In this document: positions 40,040-54,899 of the stretch, piece after piece
Numbering within the stretch: the first letter of the stretch is position 1
How the letters are laid out: every line of letters begins with the position of its first letter
DNA from: Octopus sinensis
Taxonomy: Eukaryota
Reading direction: 5' to 3'
DNA: 64,000 nt
Assembly: GCF_006345805.1 (NCBI RefSeq)
Contig: NC_043023.1
Span: forward strand, 6,448,001-6,512,000
Notes under the pieces: generated by a model
Database searches by the model: none
Told to the model about the DNA's origin: nothing
The model's input: the letters and a program-made list of their open reading frames with translations, nothing else
Translations under genes and position numbers: made by a program

Positions 40040-41250
40040 AAAAAGCGGTGGTTGCATGTGCTTAGTGCCTCATTATGTTTATTTAGCAGGGCTGGAGAGT
40101 TGTGCTTTAATATGTGAAGTGCCTCCTTCAGGCAAAATTTGCAGGTTGAGCTTTGACCACGGTAGGGAAGCCCTGAGTCCAGTATGGACCATGATAGAGT
40201 ATAGAGTATATTTGTATTTTTGAGATGATGTATGTAGTTGGCGAGTGTTGTAGATTTACTATGTTTACCGTATCTAAAAGAATGGTGAGCGGCATATCGT
40301 TGCTTAAAAGTTTTGGTTGAGCCTATGTATATGGCTGTAGAGTTGTGTAATAGATTAAGGACAGTGCATTTGTAAATTACTTTCTATCTTCTGTAATGAG
40401 TTTGTAACAGGCAGATGGTTCCAGGACGGCAATTACAATTAGGTGAATTTTGAGGACTGTGTTCAGGAATAGAGGAGGTAATATCGACAGAGGAGAGGTT
40501 ATAGAAGGGGGTAGAAGATTCTATATTATTAGTATTATTAATGTTATCATTACCATCATTGCTATTATTACTATTGTTGTTATTAATTGTACTATTTGTA
40601 AGGGTGGTAGAGATTGTGGCGGTGTTCCGGGCAGTGTGAGTAGGATGGGTTGGGTTGTTGCTGTGGGCTAATGTAAGGGTATCTGTGCTGGAGCTGTGTG
40701 TGTGTGTTGAGTGTTCGTATGACTGGCGTTGTAGTTATGTGAGTTTTGATAGTAAAGAGAAAGCTTTTGCTTATTAGAGGCTGCTACAATAGATTCGAAG
40801 TTGGGTGGGGTAGAATAAGATAGTTTCAGGGTGGATCGATTAAAGATAGAATGATATTTATGTTGTCGGGGGAAGTTAGAGTCTAGCATTTTCAAGAAGG
40901 ATTTAGCTAAGTCCTTAGCGTTAAGTGAGAATAGGAGTGTGTACCACAGAATAGCGCGTCCGCCGCTTTATTTAGGGGTCTCGGTGTAGTGCTATCTAAG
41001 TTTTTAGAGAAAGGAGTGCTATCTATATTTTTGGAGAATGTATGTGGGTGGCGAGGCCTGTTGCTGTTAGCTGTCTCAATTGTTTTCGTTTTTGACCTAG
41101 TGTTAAATGAATGTGTGCGGGGTCTAGGTTGCCTAGGTGTAAGACCTCCCAGGGTTCCATCGACGTGTGTGTGTGTGGTTGGTTGCGATTGTGATGGTTG
41201 GTACGTGTTTGAGATGTGATTTGAGATATATATTGTTTGAGCTTGATGTC
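40040..41250 (-). mobile_element. Penelope-like element 3' remnant
   Basis: FLKMLDSNFP..HKYHSIFNRSTLKLSYS..PN and IYIGSTKTFKQRYAAH (GIY-YIG). Confidence 0.75.
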
Positions 41251-41258
41251 CTCCATTC

Positions 41259-41830
41259 CTATTGCACACTCCGTTCATCTTCATGAGTCAAATGAAAATA
41301 TGGAACTTTTACTTCATGCCTTTGCCTATGAAAGATACTCAGTTTGTAAGGAAGAGAAATGTCAGGTTTGAGTATATTGTAGAAAAGTTTCCCCAAATCA
41401 CACAGGCGAAGTTGAAAGAGGGTATCTTTGTCGGACCCCAAATTAGAGAAGTACTCACAGATGTCGACATCAAGACAACACTGGATAAACTGGAACTGCT
41501 TTCAATTGGACCTGTGAGAATTTCTTGGGCAACAAGAAGGCAATGGACTACAAGGATGGCGTCAAGAATCTTCCGAAATGTTACTTAGCAATGATTGTCG
41601 CATGTCGCTGAAGGTTCACGTCTTGGACTCCCATCAGGATTTCTTCACAAATAACTTTGGAGCAGTGTCTGATGGACATAGTGAAATATTTCGCCGGGAC
41701 ATTAGTGCTATGGAGAAACGGTACCAAGGCTTCCGGAATGACAGTATGCTGGCTAACTACTGCTGGACACTTTACCGTGATCAACCAGATCAGGAACGCC
41801 GCAGGAAATCCAAATTACAATGTTTCTAAC
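41259..41830 (+). pseudogene. DNA transposase C-terminal remnant, Chapaev3/Transib-like
   Basis: KLKEGIFVGPQIR and MSLKVHVLDSHQDFF..NFGAVSDGHSEIFRRDISAMEKRYQG..MLANYCW, frameshifted. The family assignment is from memory of the motif. Confidence 0.7.
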
Positions 41831-42980
41831 TCTGTTGTTCTAGGTTTGTTTTGTCTGTAAAAATTAACACTTCCTTCTCCAGGCCTAGATTCGAAACCGA
41901 ATCTAAGAATTCTTGGGCGTCCAAACCACCACGATCAACAGGCGCGAAAAAAGCTTTTCTTTGTCCTGTTAAAAAGTGATTGATCATTTCCCTTTGACCT
42001 ACGACCTCAGCCATGTCAGCTGAAGTTCAAATGGACATGAGCTGACCTATTTAGGTACAAACTCTGTTGCAGTATGTCTGTCCTTCTAGCTGCCACGATT
42101 ATTATAAATACGGTGATCGACAGGCAGACAGACAGACAGACCAGAGGAGAAACGCCCAGCAGGCAAACGAGAAAGATCTACGACACGTCAGGTTTTCAAC
42201 GACCGCAGAGACCCGAGAGTAATGTTCGAAGTTCCACGGTAGGCTACTGATCTCAGATGAACTACGTACACACTCACACAAACAATGATTTCTGACACAT
42301 CACTTCCACAGATGTACCTCTCTTTTACTCTTTTACTTGTTTCAATCATTTGACTGCGGCCATGCTGAAGCACCGCCTTTAGTCGAGCAAATCGACCCCG
42401 GGAGTTGCGCATAAAATAATCTAGTCCAGCTTTTCCATTTCATGTCCTAATACATCTGCTGTGGCTGTGTAGTCCTATCCTGGACAAACACTCCCTCTGG
42501 TAGGTGCTGCAAATGCAGCGAAGACTGTTCCTGGCTGGTTGTAATGTCATAGTTTCTTGTTGACGTCTTTTCTTGTCTTTCCATTTCTCCTTTCTCCCTC
42601 TGTCACTCCTTTGTGTTCCCTCTTTTACGGTACGTCGCCAATCTCCACGGTTGCTGTCAATTGCTTCCCAGTTGCTAATATTGATGTCGCATAACGTAAT
42701 GTTATTACGTTAATGATTTCATATATACAAATATGTAAATATTTGCATGTGTCTACTCAAAAACTGATACGTGTTGCATACAAATGGAATAAAATTTTGA
42801 AATCAACATGAAAAATTAGTCTAAAAATGTTGGTTTGCATTCATAATGAGTACAATGCATTTAATTTCGTTAACCAGTGTTATTACACAATCCATTATGT
42901 AGTCTCAGTTGCTGCTGTATGTTTGCTTGAAAATACATATTAAAATTGAGAATTATGGAAATATTATTTGCAGAGTTATT

Positions 42981-44067
42981 GAGTACTACTAGCGAACAGT
43001 GGTCCCGGTGTACGCTCACGCGCACTCGCGCATCCGTGCTAGCTAGTCGTAAGTAGTCGATCCTACAACGACTTGCGCGTATGCAAAAGTTTATAAACAA
43101 ACTAAGGTTAGGGTTAGGGTTAAAATTTTTTTTTTATTATTATTTACTTTGCGTTTTATTTACTTTGTTCGAAAAATATTATTTAATTTGTGTAAAGAAA
43201 TTATATACATTGTTTTTAAAAAAACCCATTTTCTTTGATATGTATTCAGCCTTGAAATACAAACATGTATCGCGCATGCGCGAATCTTTTCATTTCCATA
43301 TGTGCAAGTCGTTGTAATTTAGTTTAATTTAATTTTTTGGCCCAAAAAGCAAAAGCAAGGCCATGTAGGAGGACATGGAGTTATGCACAGGGAGGGTGAC
43401 CATATAAAGAGTTCAGGCCATTTCTGGTCAAGAGAGACTTTGAACCCAGCGGTCGTGGGTATCTTCACCATCTCATCCGGCAGCTTATTCCACGGATCCG
43501 CAACCCGGACGGAGAAAGCCCCTCTCCTTCGATTGAGATGAAATCGTCGTAGATAGAGCTTTTCGGAGTGACCCCGCAGCCGACGCTCTGGAGCAGGTGT
43601 GAAGAACAGCTCTTTCGAGAGGTTACACTTTCCGCTTATGATGTTGTGAGCGAGAATGAGATCACCACAGCGGTGTCGTTTATCGAGAGAATAAAGGTCG
43701 AGCGTCTTCAGCCTTTCTTCATAAGACAAATGCTTGAGACCAAGAACCATGCGGGTAGCCAGCTTCTGGACTCTTTCGAGATGATGTATGTCTTTGAGAA
43801 GATAAGGAGAAGAGGCTTGAATCCCGTACTCCAAAACGGGTCTCACCAGCGTGACATAGAGCGGTAGGAATATGGCTGCTGTGAGCATTCCGAATGACCG
43901 TCGAATCAAAAACAGAACTCCGCGTGCTTTGTAGGCAGCATGGACGCATTGGGCCGAAGGCGAAAAGGAAGAATCCACCAAGATACCCAGTAGGATCGAC
44001 TACTTACGACTAGCTAGCGCGGATGCGCGAGTGCGCGCACCGGGGACCACGGTTCGCTAGTAGTACC
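42981..44067. mobile_element. Merlin-like MITE (long TIRs, 8-bp TSD GAGTTATT) carrying a nested LINE
   Basis: TSD at 42973-42980 and 44068-44075; TIR GGTACTACTAGCGAAC fits the Merlin GGNRM start; arms 42981-43076 and 43305-43317+43991-44067. Confidence 0.75.
43318..43989 (-). mobile_element. 5'-truncated CR1-like LINE
   Basis: ORF 43319-43981 (LYVTLVRPVLEY...LERVQKLATR..SYEERL..RGH..FSVRV..WN.LP); TTAAAC-type repeat tail. Confidence 0.9.
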
Positions 44068-44168
44068 GAGTTATTGTATTAGCAAATGAAAAATATGTTA
44101 TGGAGAATAAATAATATTTAAAAAATTTACACACACACAAGTTCGAAAATGTAGTTGAAAATACTTAC

Positions 44169-44695
44169 AGAATATCGGCACAGTCTTGAGATCCATGTTC
44201 TTTGGAAAATTCTGCGAGAACGCCATGAAGTAGGTGACGAACGCCAGGAAGTTGGTGATACTGAGCGAGATCTGTTCTCCGCTCTCCGGAGGCGAGAAAA
44301 AAGAGAGCGATGCGATGAAAACGAGAAGGCTGCACGGTATTAAACTGCTGAATACATGGTAGATTGGCTTCCGTTTAGCAGATACAAGGAACATGATGCT
44401 TCTGTTGGTTCCCGTTCTGTTACATTTGTGCTCCGAGATCACGATGTTGAACCAACTGCGCCGCGAATCCTCGTAGAGTACTTTCAACTTGCTTTCTGAT
44501 GAGGCGTAAACGAGATTCATGTTCTGTGCAGAGATGCTGCTTTTGATGATGATCGGACAAGTTTGTTCGTCGAAAGGGAAGTGTAACATGTTGAGTGTGC
44601 ACAGCGTCGTGAAACTTCGATAGATGGTCGCAGTGATGGTACCGCTGTTAGTGATGTCCACTATATCGAAGTCGATTTCGTGCGGCTCAACAGCA
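44169..44695 (-). CDS. nAChR-like subunit, exon 5 (Cys-loop, TM1, TM2)
   Basis: 527 nt, phase 2 to 1. Cys-loop CTLNMLHFPFDEQTC (C-x13-C), KRKPIYHVFSSLIPC (pre-TM1), PPESGEQISLSITNFLAF (TM2), ends VPIF|gtaagt. The AAG acceptor at 44696-44698 is weaker but gives the expected N-S-A junction. Confidence 0.92.
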
Positions 44696-44799
44696 CTTGG
44701 CGAGTTACGAGTTGAAGACCAACGTTGAGGTTTCGGTTTGTGGGCAGGGCGAGGGTGGACATAGGTGGACAGATGTAATGATGGCGATGGTGAAAATCG

Positions 44800-45345
44800 T
44801 GATGATGGTGGTGGTGGTGATGGTGATTGTAAGGGTGGGGATAGTGATTAGTGGGGATAATGGTGGTTGTGGTGAAAATGACGGTGATGGTGGTGTAAGT
44901 GGTGGTGGTGGAAGTGGTGGTGGTGGAAGTGGTGGTGGTGGTGGTGTAAGTGGTGGTGGTGGTGGAAGTGGTGGTGGTGGAAGTGGTGGTGATGGTGGTG
45001 TAAGTGGTGGTGGTGGTGGAAGTGGTGGTGGTGGAAGTGGTGGTGATGGTGGTGTAAGTGGTGGTGGTGGTGGAAGTGGTGGTGGTGGTGGTGGAAGTGG
45101 TGGTGGTGGTGGAAGTGGTGGTGATGTGGTGGAAGTGGTGGTGGTGGTGTAAGTGGTGGTGGTGGTGGTGGAAGTGGTGGTGGTGGAAGTGGTGGTGATG
45201 GTGGTGGAAGTGGTGGTGGTGTAAGTGGTGGTGATGGTGGTGATGATTGTGACGGTGGTGATTGTTATAGTGGTAGTGGTGGCGGTAGAGAGATGGTGGT
45301 TGTAGTAGAGATGGTGTGGTTGCGTTGGAGACGGTGGTAGTGAGG
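44800..45345. repeat. (GGT)n-derived compound microsatellite just upstream of receptor exon 5
   Basis: GGTGGTGGT(GGA/GTA)AGT repeats. Confidence 0.9.
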
Positions 45346-45495
45346 ATGAGGATGGGGAGTGGGGTGGTGGACAGGAAAAAAAAAGAGAGAAAATAAGAAG
45401 AAAGCATAAACATTAGATAGAAATGACATTTGGAGTCAGGGAGATAAAAGAAAGAGATAAAAGAAAAGACACAAGATATGGCAAAACCCCCACAT

Positions 45496-46729
45496 AGGCG
45501 CAGGAGTGGCTGTGTGGTAAGTAGCTTGCTTACCAACCACATGGTTCCGGGTTCAGTCCCACTGCGTGGCATCTTGGGCAAGTGTCTTCTACTATAGCCT
45601 CGGGCCGACCAAAGCCTTGTGAGTGGATTTGGTAGACGGAAACTGAAAGAAGCCCGTCGTATATATATATATATATAGGCGCAGGAGTGGCTGGGTGGTA
45701 AGTAGCTTGCTAACCAACCACATGGTTCCGGGTTCAGTCCCACTGTGTGGCATCTTGGGCAAGTGTCTTCTACTATAGCCTCGGGCCGACCAAAGCCTTG
45801 TGAGTGGATTTGGTAGACGGAAACTGAAAGAAGCCCGTCGTATATATATATATATATAGGCGCAGGAGTGGCTGGGTGGTAAGTAGCTTGCTAACCAACC
45901 ACATGGTTCCGGGTTCAGTCCCACTGCGTGGCATCTTGGGCAAGTGTCTTCTACTATAGCCTCGGGCCGACCAAAGCCTTGTGAGTGGATTTGGTAGACG
46001 GAAACTGAAAGAAGCCCGTCGTATATATATATATATAGGCGCAGGAGTGGCTGGGTGGTAAGTAGCTTGCTAACCAACCACATGGTTCCGGGTTCAGTCC
46101 CACTGTGTGGCATCTTGGGCAAGTGTCTTGTACTATAGCCCCGGCCGACCAATGCCTTGTGAGTGGATTTGGTAGACGGAAACTGAAAGAAGCCCGTCGT
46201 ATATATATAGGCGCAGGAGTGGCTTGGTGGTAAGTAGCTTGCTAACCAACCACATGGTTCCGGGTTCAGTCCCACTGCGTGGCATCTTGGGCAAGTGTCT
46301 TGTACTATAGCCCCGGGCCGACCAATGCCTTGTGAGTGGATTTGGTAGACGGAAACTGAAAGAAGCCCGTCGTATATATATATATATAGGCGCAGGAGTG
46401 GCTGGGTGGTAAGTAGCTTGCTAACCAACCACATGGTTCCGGGTTCAGTCCCACTGCGTGGCATCTTGGGCAAGTGTCTTGTACTATAGCCCCGGGCCGA
46501 CCAATGCCTTGTGAGTGGATTTGGTAGACGGAAACTGAAAGAAGCCCGTCGTATATATATATATATAGGCGCAGGAGTGGCTGGGTGGTAAGTAGCTTGC
46601 TAACCAACCACATGGTTCCGGGTTCAGTCCCACTGCGTGGCACCTTGGGCAAGTATCTTCTGCTATAGCCCCGGGCCGACCAATGCCTTGTGAGTGGATT
46701 TGGTAGACGGAAACTGAAAGAAGCCCGTC

Positions 46730-46798
<69 letters not shown>

Positions 46799-47130
46799 GC
46801 GCAGCAGTGGCTGTGTGGTACGTAGCTTGCTAACCAACCACATGGTTCTGGGTACAGTCCCACTGCGTGGCACCTTGGGCAAGTATCTTCTACTATAGCT
46901 CCGGGCCGACCAATGCCTTGTGAGTGTATTTGGTAGACAGAAACTGAAAGAAGCCCATCATATATATATATAGGCGTAGGAGTGGTTGTGTGGTAAGTAG
47001 CTTGCTTACCAACCACATGGTTCCGGGTTCAGTCCCACTGCGTGGCATCTTGGGCAAGTGTCTTCTGCTGTAGCCCCGGGCCGACCAATGCCTTGTGAGT
47101 GGATTTGGTAGATGGAAACTGAAAGAAGCC
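45496..47130 (+). repeat. Tandem array of 9 SINE-A 5' halves (~180-bp units separated by (TA)n)
   Basis: Units start at 45496, 45677, 45858, 46037, 46209, 46388, 46567, 46797, 46972. Confidence 0.92.
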
Positions 47131-47846
47131 CATCGTATATATATATGTATATATATATATATGTGTGTTGTTTGTGTGTTTGTGTGTCTGTGTTTGTTCC
47201 CCCAACATCACTTGACAACCGATGCTGGTGTGTTTATGTCCCCGTAACTTAGCGGTTTGGCAAAAGAGACCGATAGAATAAATACTAGGCTTATATATAT
47301 ATATATATATCTTGGGCAAGTGTCTTCTGCTATAGCCCCGGGCCGACCAATGCCTTGTGAATGGATTTGGTAGACAGAAACTGAAAGAAGCCTGTCGTAT
47401 ATATGTATATATGTATATATATGTATGTGTTTGTGTGTCTGTGTTTGTCCCTCTAGCATTGCTTGACGACCGATGCTGGTGTGTTTACGTCCCCGTCACT
47501 TAGCGGTTTGGCAAAAGAGACCGATAGAATGAGTACTGGGCTTACAAAGAATAAGTCCCGGGGTCGATTTGCTCGACTAAAGGCGGTGCTCCAGCATGGC
47601 CGCAGTCAAATGACTGAAACAAGTAAAAGGGCAAAAGAGTAAAAGAGTAAAAAAAGTGTAAGACCCCCAAAACTATAAACGAACTCATTAGAGAACCCAG
47701 TATTTTGGCTGTTATTTCTAGCAGGCCGAGCGACCATGTAGAGGCTTTTCATAGTTGCCAGTAAATTTGAAAATGGGGTAAGAAAGAGTGGTGGATGAGC
47801 AGTGGGATGGGGGTATATATATGGGATGTAGTCATGTGATCCATAC

Positions 47847-47956
47847 CTGTTGGCTAACACCAATCGAGGGGTCCAGATCTCAGGCGCAGGCAGCGTGAGT
47901 CTATCCACTCCGTCATACTGAGCTGGGTCCCAAGTTATTCCGTCGTCTTTCCACGT
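47847..47956 (-). CDS. nAChR-like subunit, exon 4
   Basis: 110-nt exon (ttacag|...|gtatgg): TWKDDGITWDPAQYDGVDRLTLPAPEIWTPRLVLAN, the W.D..L.WDP..Y.G...L.LP...IW.P loop-A signature. Confidence 0.92.
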
Positions 47957-48089
47957 CTGTAAAAACAAGAGTAGTAGCACATTATTTACATTATTTACAT
48001 TATTTACATTATTTACGTTATTTACATTATTTACATTATTTACATTATTTACATTCGACGGATATTTGTCCTCATCTTGTTTGTTGTTA

Positions 48090-48133
48090 ACATAACGTTT
48101 CGGCTGATAAACCCTCCAGCCTTCATCAGGTGT
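48090..48133 (-). ncRNA. Minimal type I hammerhead ribozyme motif
   Basis: Reverse complement ACAC-CTGATGA-A-GGCTG(10 nt)CAGCC-GAAA-CG-TT-ATGT; palindromic AACGTT replaces stem III. Confidence 0.65.
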
Positions 48134-48198
48134 CTCGGGGAAATTTCAAACCTGCGTTCTCATTCCTAAAGGTATTTTTTGATGCTGTTGTTATTCTT

Positions 48199-49458
<1,260 letters not shown>

Positions 49459-49562
49459 ACCACCAGGCATATCTGACCCAAATATTCCATCTGTTTTATG
49501 TCGAAACTAACCCGATCTGGCCTCTCATACTCGATCTACAATGCCAGGTGAAATGCTTTGCT

Positions 49563-51380
49563 GTATTTCGTCTGCCGCTACGTTCTGAGTTCAAATTCCA
49601 CCCAGGTCGACTTTGCCTTTCAACCTTTCGGTGTCGATAAATTAAGAACCAGTTATGCACTGGGGTCGAAATAATCGACTTAATCCCTTTGTCTGTCCTT
49701 GTTTGTCCCCTCTATGTTTAGCCCCTTGTGGGTAGTAAAGAAATAGGTATTTCGTCTGCCGCTACGTTCTGAGTTCATATTCCACCCAGGTCGACTTTGC
49801 CTTTCAACCTTTCGGTGTCGATAAATTAAGAACCAGTTATGCACTGGGGTCGAAATAATCGACTTAATCCCTTTGTCTGTCCTTGTTTGTCCCCTCTATG
49901 TTTAGCCCCTTGTGGGTAGTAAAGAAATAGGTATTTCGTCTGCCGCTACGTTCTGAGTTCAAATTCCACCCAGGTCGACTTTGCCTTTCAACCTTTCGGT
50001 GTCGATAAATTAAGCACCAGTTATGCACTGGGGTCGAAATAATCGACTTAATCCTTTGTCTGTCCTTGTTGTCCCCTCTATGTTTAGCCCCTTGGGGTAG
50101 TAAAGAAATAGGTATTTCGTCTGCCGCTACGTTCTGAGTTCATATTCCACCCAGGTCGACTTTGCCTTTCAACCTTTCGGTGTCGATAAATTAAGCACCA
50201 GTTATGCACTGGGGTCGAAATAATCGACTTAATCCCTTTGTCTGTCCTTGTTTGTCCCCTCTATGTTTAGCCCCTTGTGGGTAGTAAAGAAATAGGTATT
50301 TCGTCTGCCGCTACGTTCTGAGTTCAAATTCCACCCAGGTCGACTTTGCCTTTCAACCTTTCGGTGTCGATAAATTAAGCACCAGTTATGCACTGGGGTC
50401 GAAATAATCGACTTAATCCCTTTGTCTGTCCTTGTTTGTCCCCTCTATGTTTAGCCCCTTGTGGGTAGTAAAGAAATAGGTATTTCGTCTGCCGCTACGT
50501 TCTGAGTTCATATTCCACCCAGGTCGACTTTGCCTTTCAACCTTTCGGTGTCGATAAATTAAGCACCAGTTATGCACTGGGGTCGAAATAATCGACTTAA
50601 TCCCTTTGTCTGTCCTTGTTTGTCCCCTCTATGTTTAGCCCCTTGTGGGTAGTAAAGAAATAGGTATTTCGTCTGCCGCTACGTTCTGAGTTCAAATTCC
50701 ACCCAGGTCGACTTTGCCTTTCAACCTTTCGGTGTCGATAAATTAAGCACCAGTTATGCACTGGGGTCGAAATAATCGACTTAATCCCTTTGTCTGTCCT
50801 TGTTGTCCCCTCTATGTTTAGCCCCTTGTGGGTAGTAAAGAAATAGGTATTTCGTCTGCCGCTACGTTCTGAGTTCATATTCCACCCAGGTCGACTTTGC
50901 CTTTCAACCTTTCGGGGTCGATAAATTAAGCACCAGTTATGCACTGTGGTCGAAATAATCGACTTAATCCCTTTGTCTGTCCTTGTTTGTCCCCTCTATG
51001 TTTAGCCCCTTGTGGGTAGTAAAGAAATAGGTATTTCGTCTGCCGCTACGTTCTGAGTTCATATTCCACCCAGGTCGACTTTGCCTTTCAACCTTTCGGG
51101 GTCGATAAATTAAGCACCAGTTATGCACTGGGGTCGAAATAATCGACTTAATCCCTTTGTCTGTCCTTGTTTGTCCCCTCTATGTTTAGCCCCTTGTGGG
51201 TAGTAAAGAAATAGGTATTTAGTCTGCCGCTACGTTCTGCGTTCAAATTCTGGCGATGTCGACTTCGCCTTTTATCCTTTCGGGGTCGATAAATTATGTA
51301 CCAGTTACGTGCTGGGGTCGATCTAATCGACTGGCCCTCTTCCCCAAAATCTCGGGCCTTGTGCCTAGAGTGGAAAAGAA
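49563..51380 (+). repeat. 184-bp tandem array of SINE-C body (9 full units plus a divergent terminal unit)
   Basis: Units start at 49563, 49747, 49931, 50112, 50296, 50480, 50664, 50847, 51031, 51215. Confidence 0.95.
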
Positions 51381-51679
51381 TGTCATTCTAAAAATAAACA
51401 ATCGCATCAATGAAATCTCAAAGCTAAGAAATAATGCGTGATTAATTTAATACAATGTGAACAAGAGCGCTCAGAGACCGCAAACCTCTGCCAAAGCAAC
51501 ACCGACGTCCTCTCAACGATTAGCCAGAGATGATTTTTAAATGAAAATATCTGAAATAAACTCAACTGCTCACACAAATGAGAATATTAAAAATGAACCA
51601 GACAGCTCTCAAAAATTAAGTTTAGAAAAACGAAAAATAATCCAGAAACAAGAAAGACACAGGGAGAGAATATATATAC

Positions 51680-51755
<76 letters not shown>

Positions 51756-52044
51756 CGGGAAGCTTTATGAAAATAGACAAAAGACGAAGGCAGGTTTACG
51801 GAAAAAACAAAAAACAAAAGACGAAGGAATATAAACAAACAATTGTATTAGTATGGCGCTCAGGAAATATAAATAAAACAAGTCTTTAACGTTTCGAGCC
51901 TACGCTCTTCAACAGAAAGATACACAGAGAAGAAACACAGAAAGAAAGAAAAAAAATGCGTGCAGAGGCTAGCGAATCAACATGGCGATCTCGTGTATAT
52001 ATATATATATGTGTGTGTATATATATATACACACATACACACAC

Positions 52045-52105
<61 letters not shown>

Positions 52106-52577
52106 GTTAATCCAAACATGAAAACACAAAGAGAAAACACCACAACGCGAGGACGTGGAACAAGTATAGTATTATTGGATGCTCAGGAAGGAAGGAGGGT
52201 TTAACGTTTCGTGCAGAGCTCTTCGTCAGAAACATAGGAAAAGGAAAGATCCAAAGAAGGGAAGACGGAGGGAAAAAATCGCCACCGTGGTCACCGTGAC
52301 CGACCAGGTTATCAGATATTGCTACTTATCGCTGGTTTTAGCCTTCAAATGACGCCACCCCGCTGGCTAAGCGAGCAGGCCAACAGAAGAAATAGTGAGA
52401 GAATGTTGTGGCAAAAGAGTGCAGCAGGGATCGCCACCACCCTCTGCTGGAGCCTCATGGAGCTCAGGTGCTTTCGCTCAATAAACACTCATAACGCCCG
52501 GTCTGGGAATCGAAACAACGATCGTACTACCGCGAGTCCGCTGCCCTAACCACTGGGTCATTGCGCCTCCACACACA

Positions 52578-52625
<48 letters not shown>

Positions 52626-53002
52626 CACACAGACACACACACACACACACAAACACATATATATACACACATATACATACACACAGGCGGAATGCATTAG
52701 TTTTCATTAGGAAATCACAAATCGATTTCAATAAAACAAGTCAAACAGGAATTGTTTGATTACTTTCAGTTATTGATGTTTTGACGACGTGGATCCCCAC
52801 CCAGCAACCACAATCGCCACCATCACCACCACCACCACCACCACCACCACCACCACCGCCGCCGCCGCTGCCGGATTATATGATAGTAATGCTATAGTTG
52901 GATAATCTTATATTTAGATACCGTATTTTAACGTGTATAAAGGATCCCTTAATTTACGAATCTTTAAATTTTCAACGTTCCGTGTTAATAGGAGATAATG
53001 TA

Positions 53003-53568
53003 TTGGGTTGTCCGGAAAGTTCATGCCGATTTATAGTAGCTTACCTTTCGACTTATTCTAGGACATGGTTGAGCCCATAAAATAGGATTTGACTACACCT
53101 CCATTTAGAGCACAGTTTAAGCTATATTTTCGTGGAAGAAGGTTTATGTTCCTATAACCTGTGTTAATTATGTAACCCTTTAAAATGGAAGATAAGAAAG
53201 TTCATTTTCGGCACTTGATGCTTTGGGAACCAGACAAAAATTGCTGCAGCTCGGCTGGGATGTGTTACCCCACCCTCCATATTCACCAGATATTGCTCCT
53301 TCAGATTTCCACTTATTCAGGTCTCTGCAGAATAGTCTTAATGGTAAAAATTTCAATTCTTTGGATGACGTAAAAAGACACCTTGATGAATTCTTTGCCA
53401 TAAAACCACCTCATTTCTGGGAAGAGGATATTTTCAAGTTAAAAGGAAAGATGGAGATGCATTGTGCAACAAAATGTTTCATATTTGGTTGATTAAAATG
53501 TAATGGCGAATATTTATAGACCTTTTTCTTTCCTTTAAAAATCGGCACGAACTTTCCGTACAACCCAA
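53003..53568 (+). mobile_element. Internally deleted mariner element
   Basis: TA|TTGGGTTGTCCGGAAAGTTC...GAACTTTCCGTACAACCCAA|TA; N-terminus MEDKKVHFRHLML fused to HPPYSPDIAPSDFHLF. Confidence 0.92.
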
Positions 53569-53571
53569 TAG

Positions 53572-53700
53572 TATAAAAAAATAAGGTTTTCCATCTCATT
53601 CGTTTCTTGAGATCTTCAACTTTCTCGAGGAATATCCAGAGATATAATTTATTCGGTGGTGAAGGCATGTTCTTAGCAGAGTAATCCATTTAGTATAAAT
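53572..53700 (-). mobile_element. Penelope-like ORF N-terminal scrap
   Basis: YSAKNMPSPP..LY...LEKVE...KRMRWK.LFF resembles PLE ORF N-termini. Confidence 0.5.
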
Positions 53701-54862
53701 CCATAATAGTGTGTAAACTGGTAAAATCTTTAGAGTTACTCGACTTAGTGAAGGAATCTTGCCAATCATATGAAGGCTATGAATTTGCAGTAGAAGACTG
53801 CAGAACGTTATAATTTAAAGACACGTAAATACCTTCCTACAGTTAAAGGCTAAGATCTCTAACTCACTGCTGAGCTCTAGATCTGAAATTTTCAGCGGTT
53901 ATAAGCATATGCGTAAGTTCCTGTTGAAGAATTGGAAAGTTTGCCTGCTGCCTGATTAATAGTGTACCATAAACTCTAAGGCACTATTTTTTCAGCCTTA
54001 AAGTTACCTTCTAAGGGAGATAACTCTTTTTCCTCTGTTTCTTTCTGATTACCTCTCGTTTCCGTTTTTTCAACCTTCAGCCTTTTCTATATGCTTCCTT
54101 CTCACCTTTCTCGTTTCTTCTCCCATTCCATTTTTAGCTCGTTATACCATGTGGGCTGTTCCGAGGTGTCAGACGTGTTATAAAACATTGTTTGACATGT
54201 TCTCAGCACATAAAACTATTAGTAACACATGAAAACATGTATTGTGTTTATTAAATGATATTTATCTCTCACCAGATAGAGTACTTTTTTGTTGATCTTA
54301 CCATCACGGGACAATGCATTATATACATGTGTGTGTGTGTGTGTAGTTGGAAAGGGGTTAAAAATCTATACAAATCGAGTTATAGTTAAGAAGCAAAAGC
54401 GGAAACAGGACAAAATATTGTTTTATATTTGTTATATTGAGTGACACATGCATACACCTACACATACATATACAAACGGATATGCCAGCACACTTACATA
54501 GAAATACGGACAAAGATATGCATACACAGATACATACACGCACACACCAAACACTTATGCACACACACATCTCTGTTTGTGTGTATATATATATATAATG
54601 TCTCGAGTATTTAGCACATGTATATCGCTTGATTAAGTAAGTCATCGAAAGCCATTGAAATAATTAATCTAATACAAAACCCAACAGCCTGGTGTTATTC
54701 CTTCTTTGGTTTTATGCAAACATCACTTAGGGTTGATCTTCCGACTAATACAATATATGTAAACATCAATTTTCATTTGGACAGGGAGGCGTGGATACAG
54801 ACCAGGACACACAGTCAAACCACGTGATCATGTGATTGACAAACTATTAGACACCGTTTATA

Positions 54863-54899
<37 letters not shown>

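Noticed and set aside
43107-43122. Telomeric TTAGGG repeats
   Set aside because: Only two copies, inside a MITE.
44661-46473. 360-aa His/Thr-rich ORF and 293-aa repeat ORF
   Set aside because: Chance read-through of the (ACC)n microsatellite and tandem SINE heads.
49563-51215. Hammerhead-containing retrozyme in the 184-bp array
   Set aside because: No CUGAnGA or compensated core with a matching stem II/GAAA was found on either strand.
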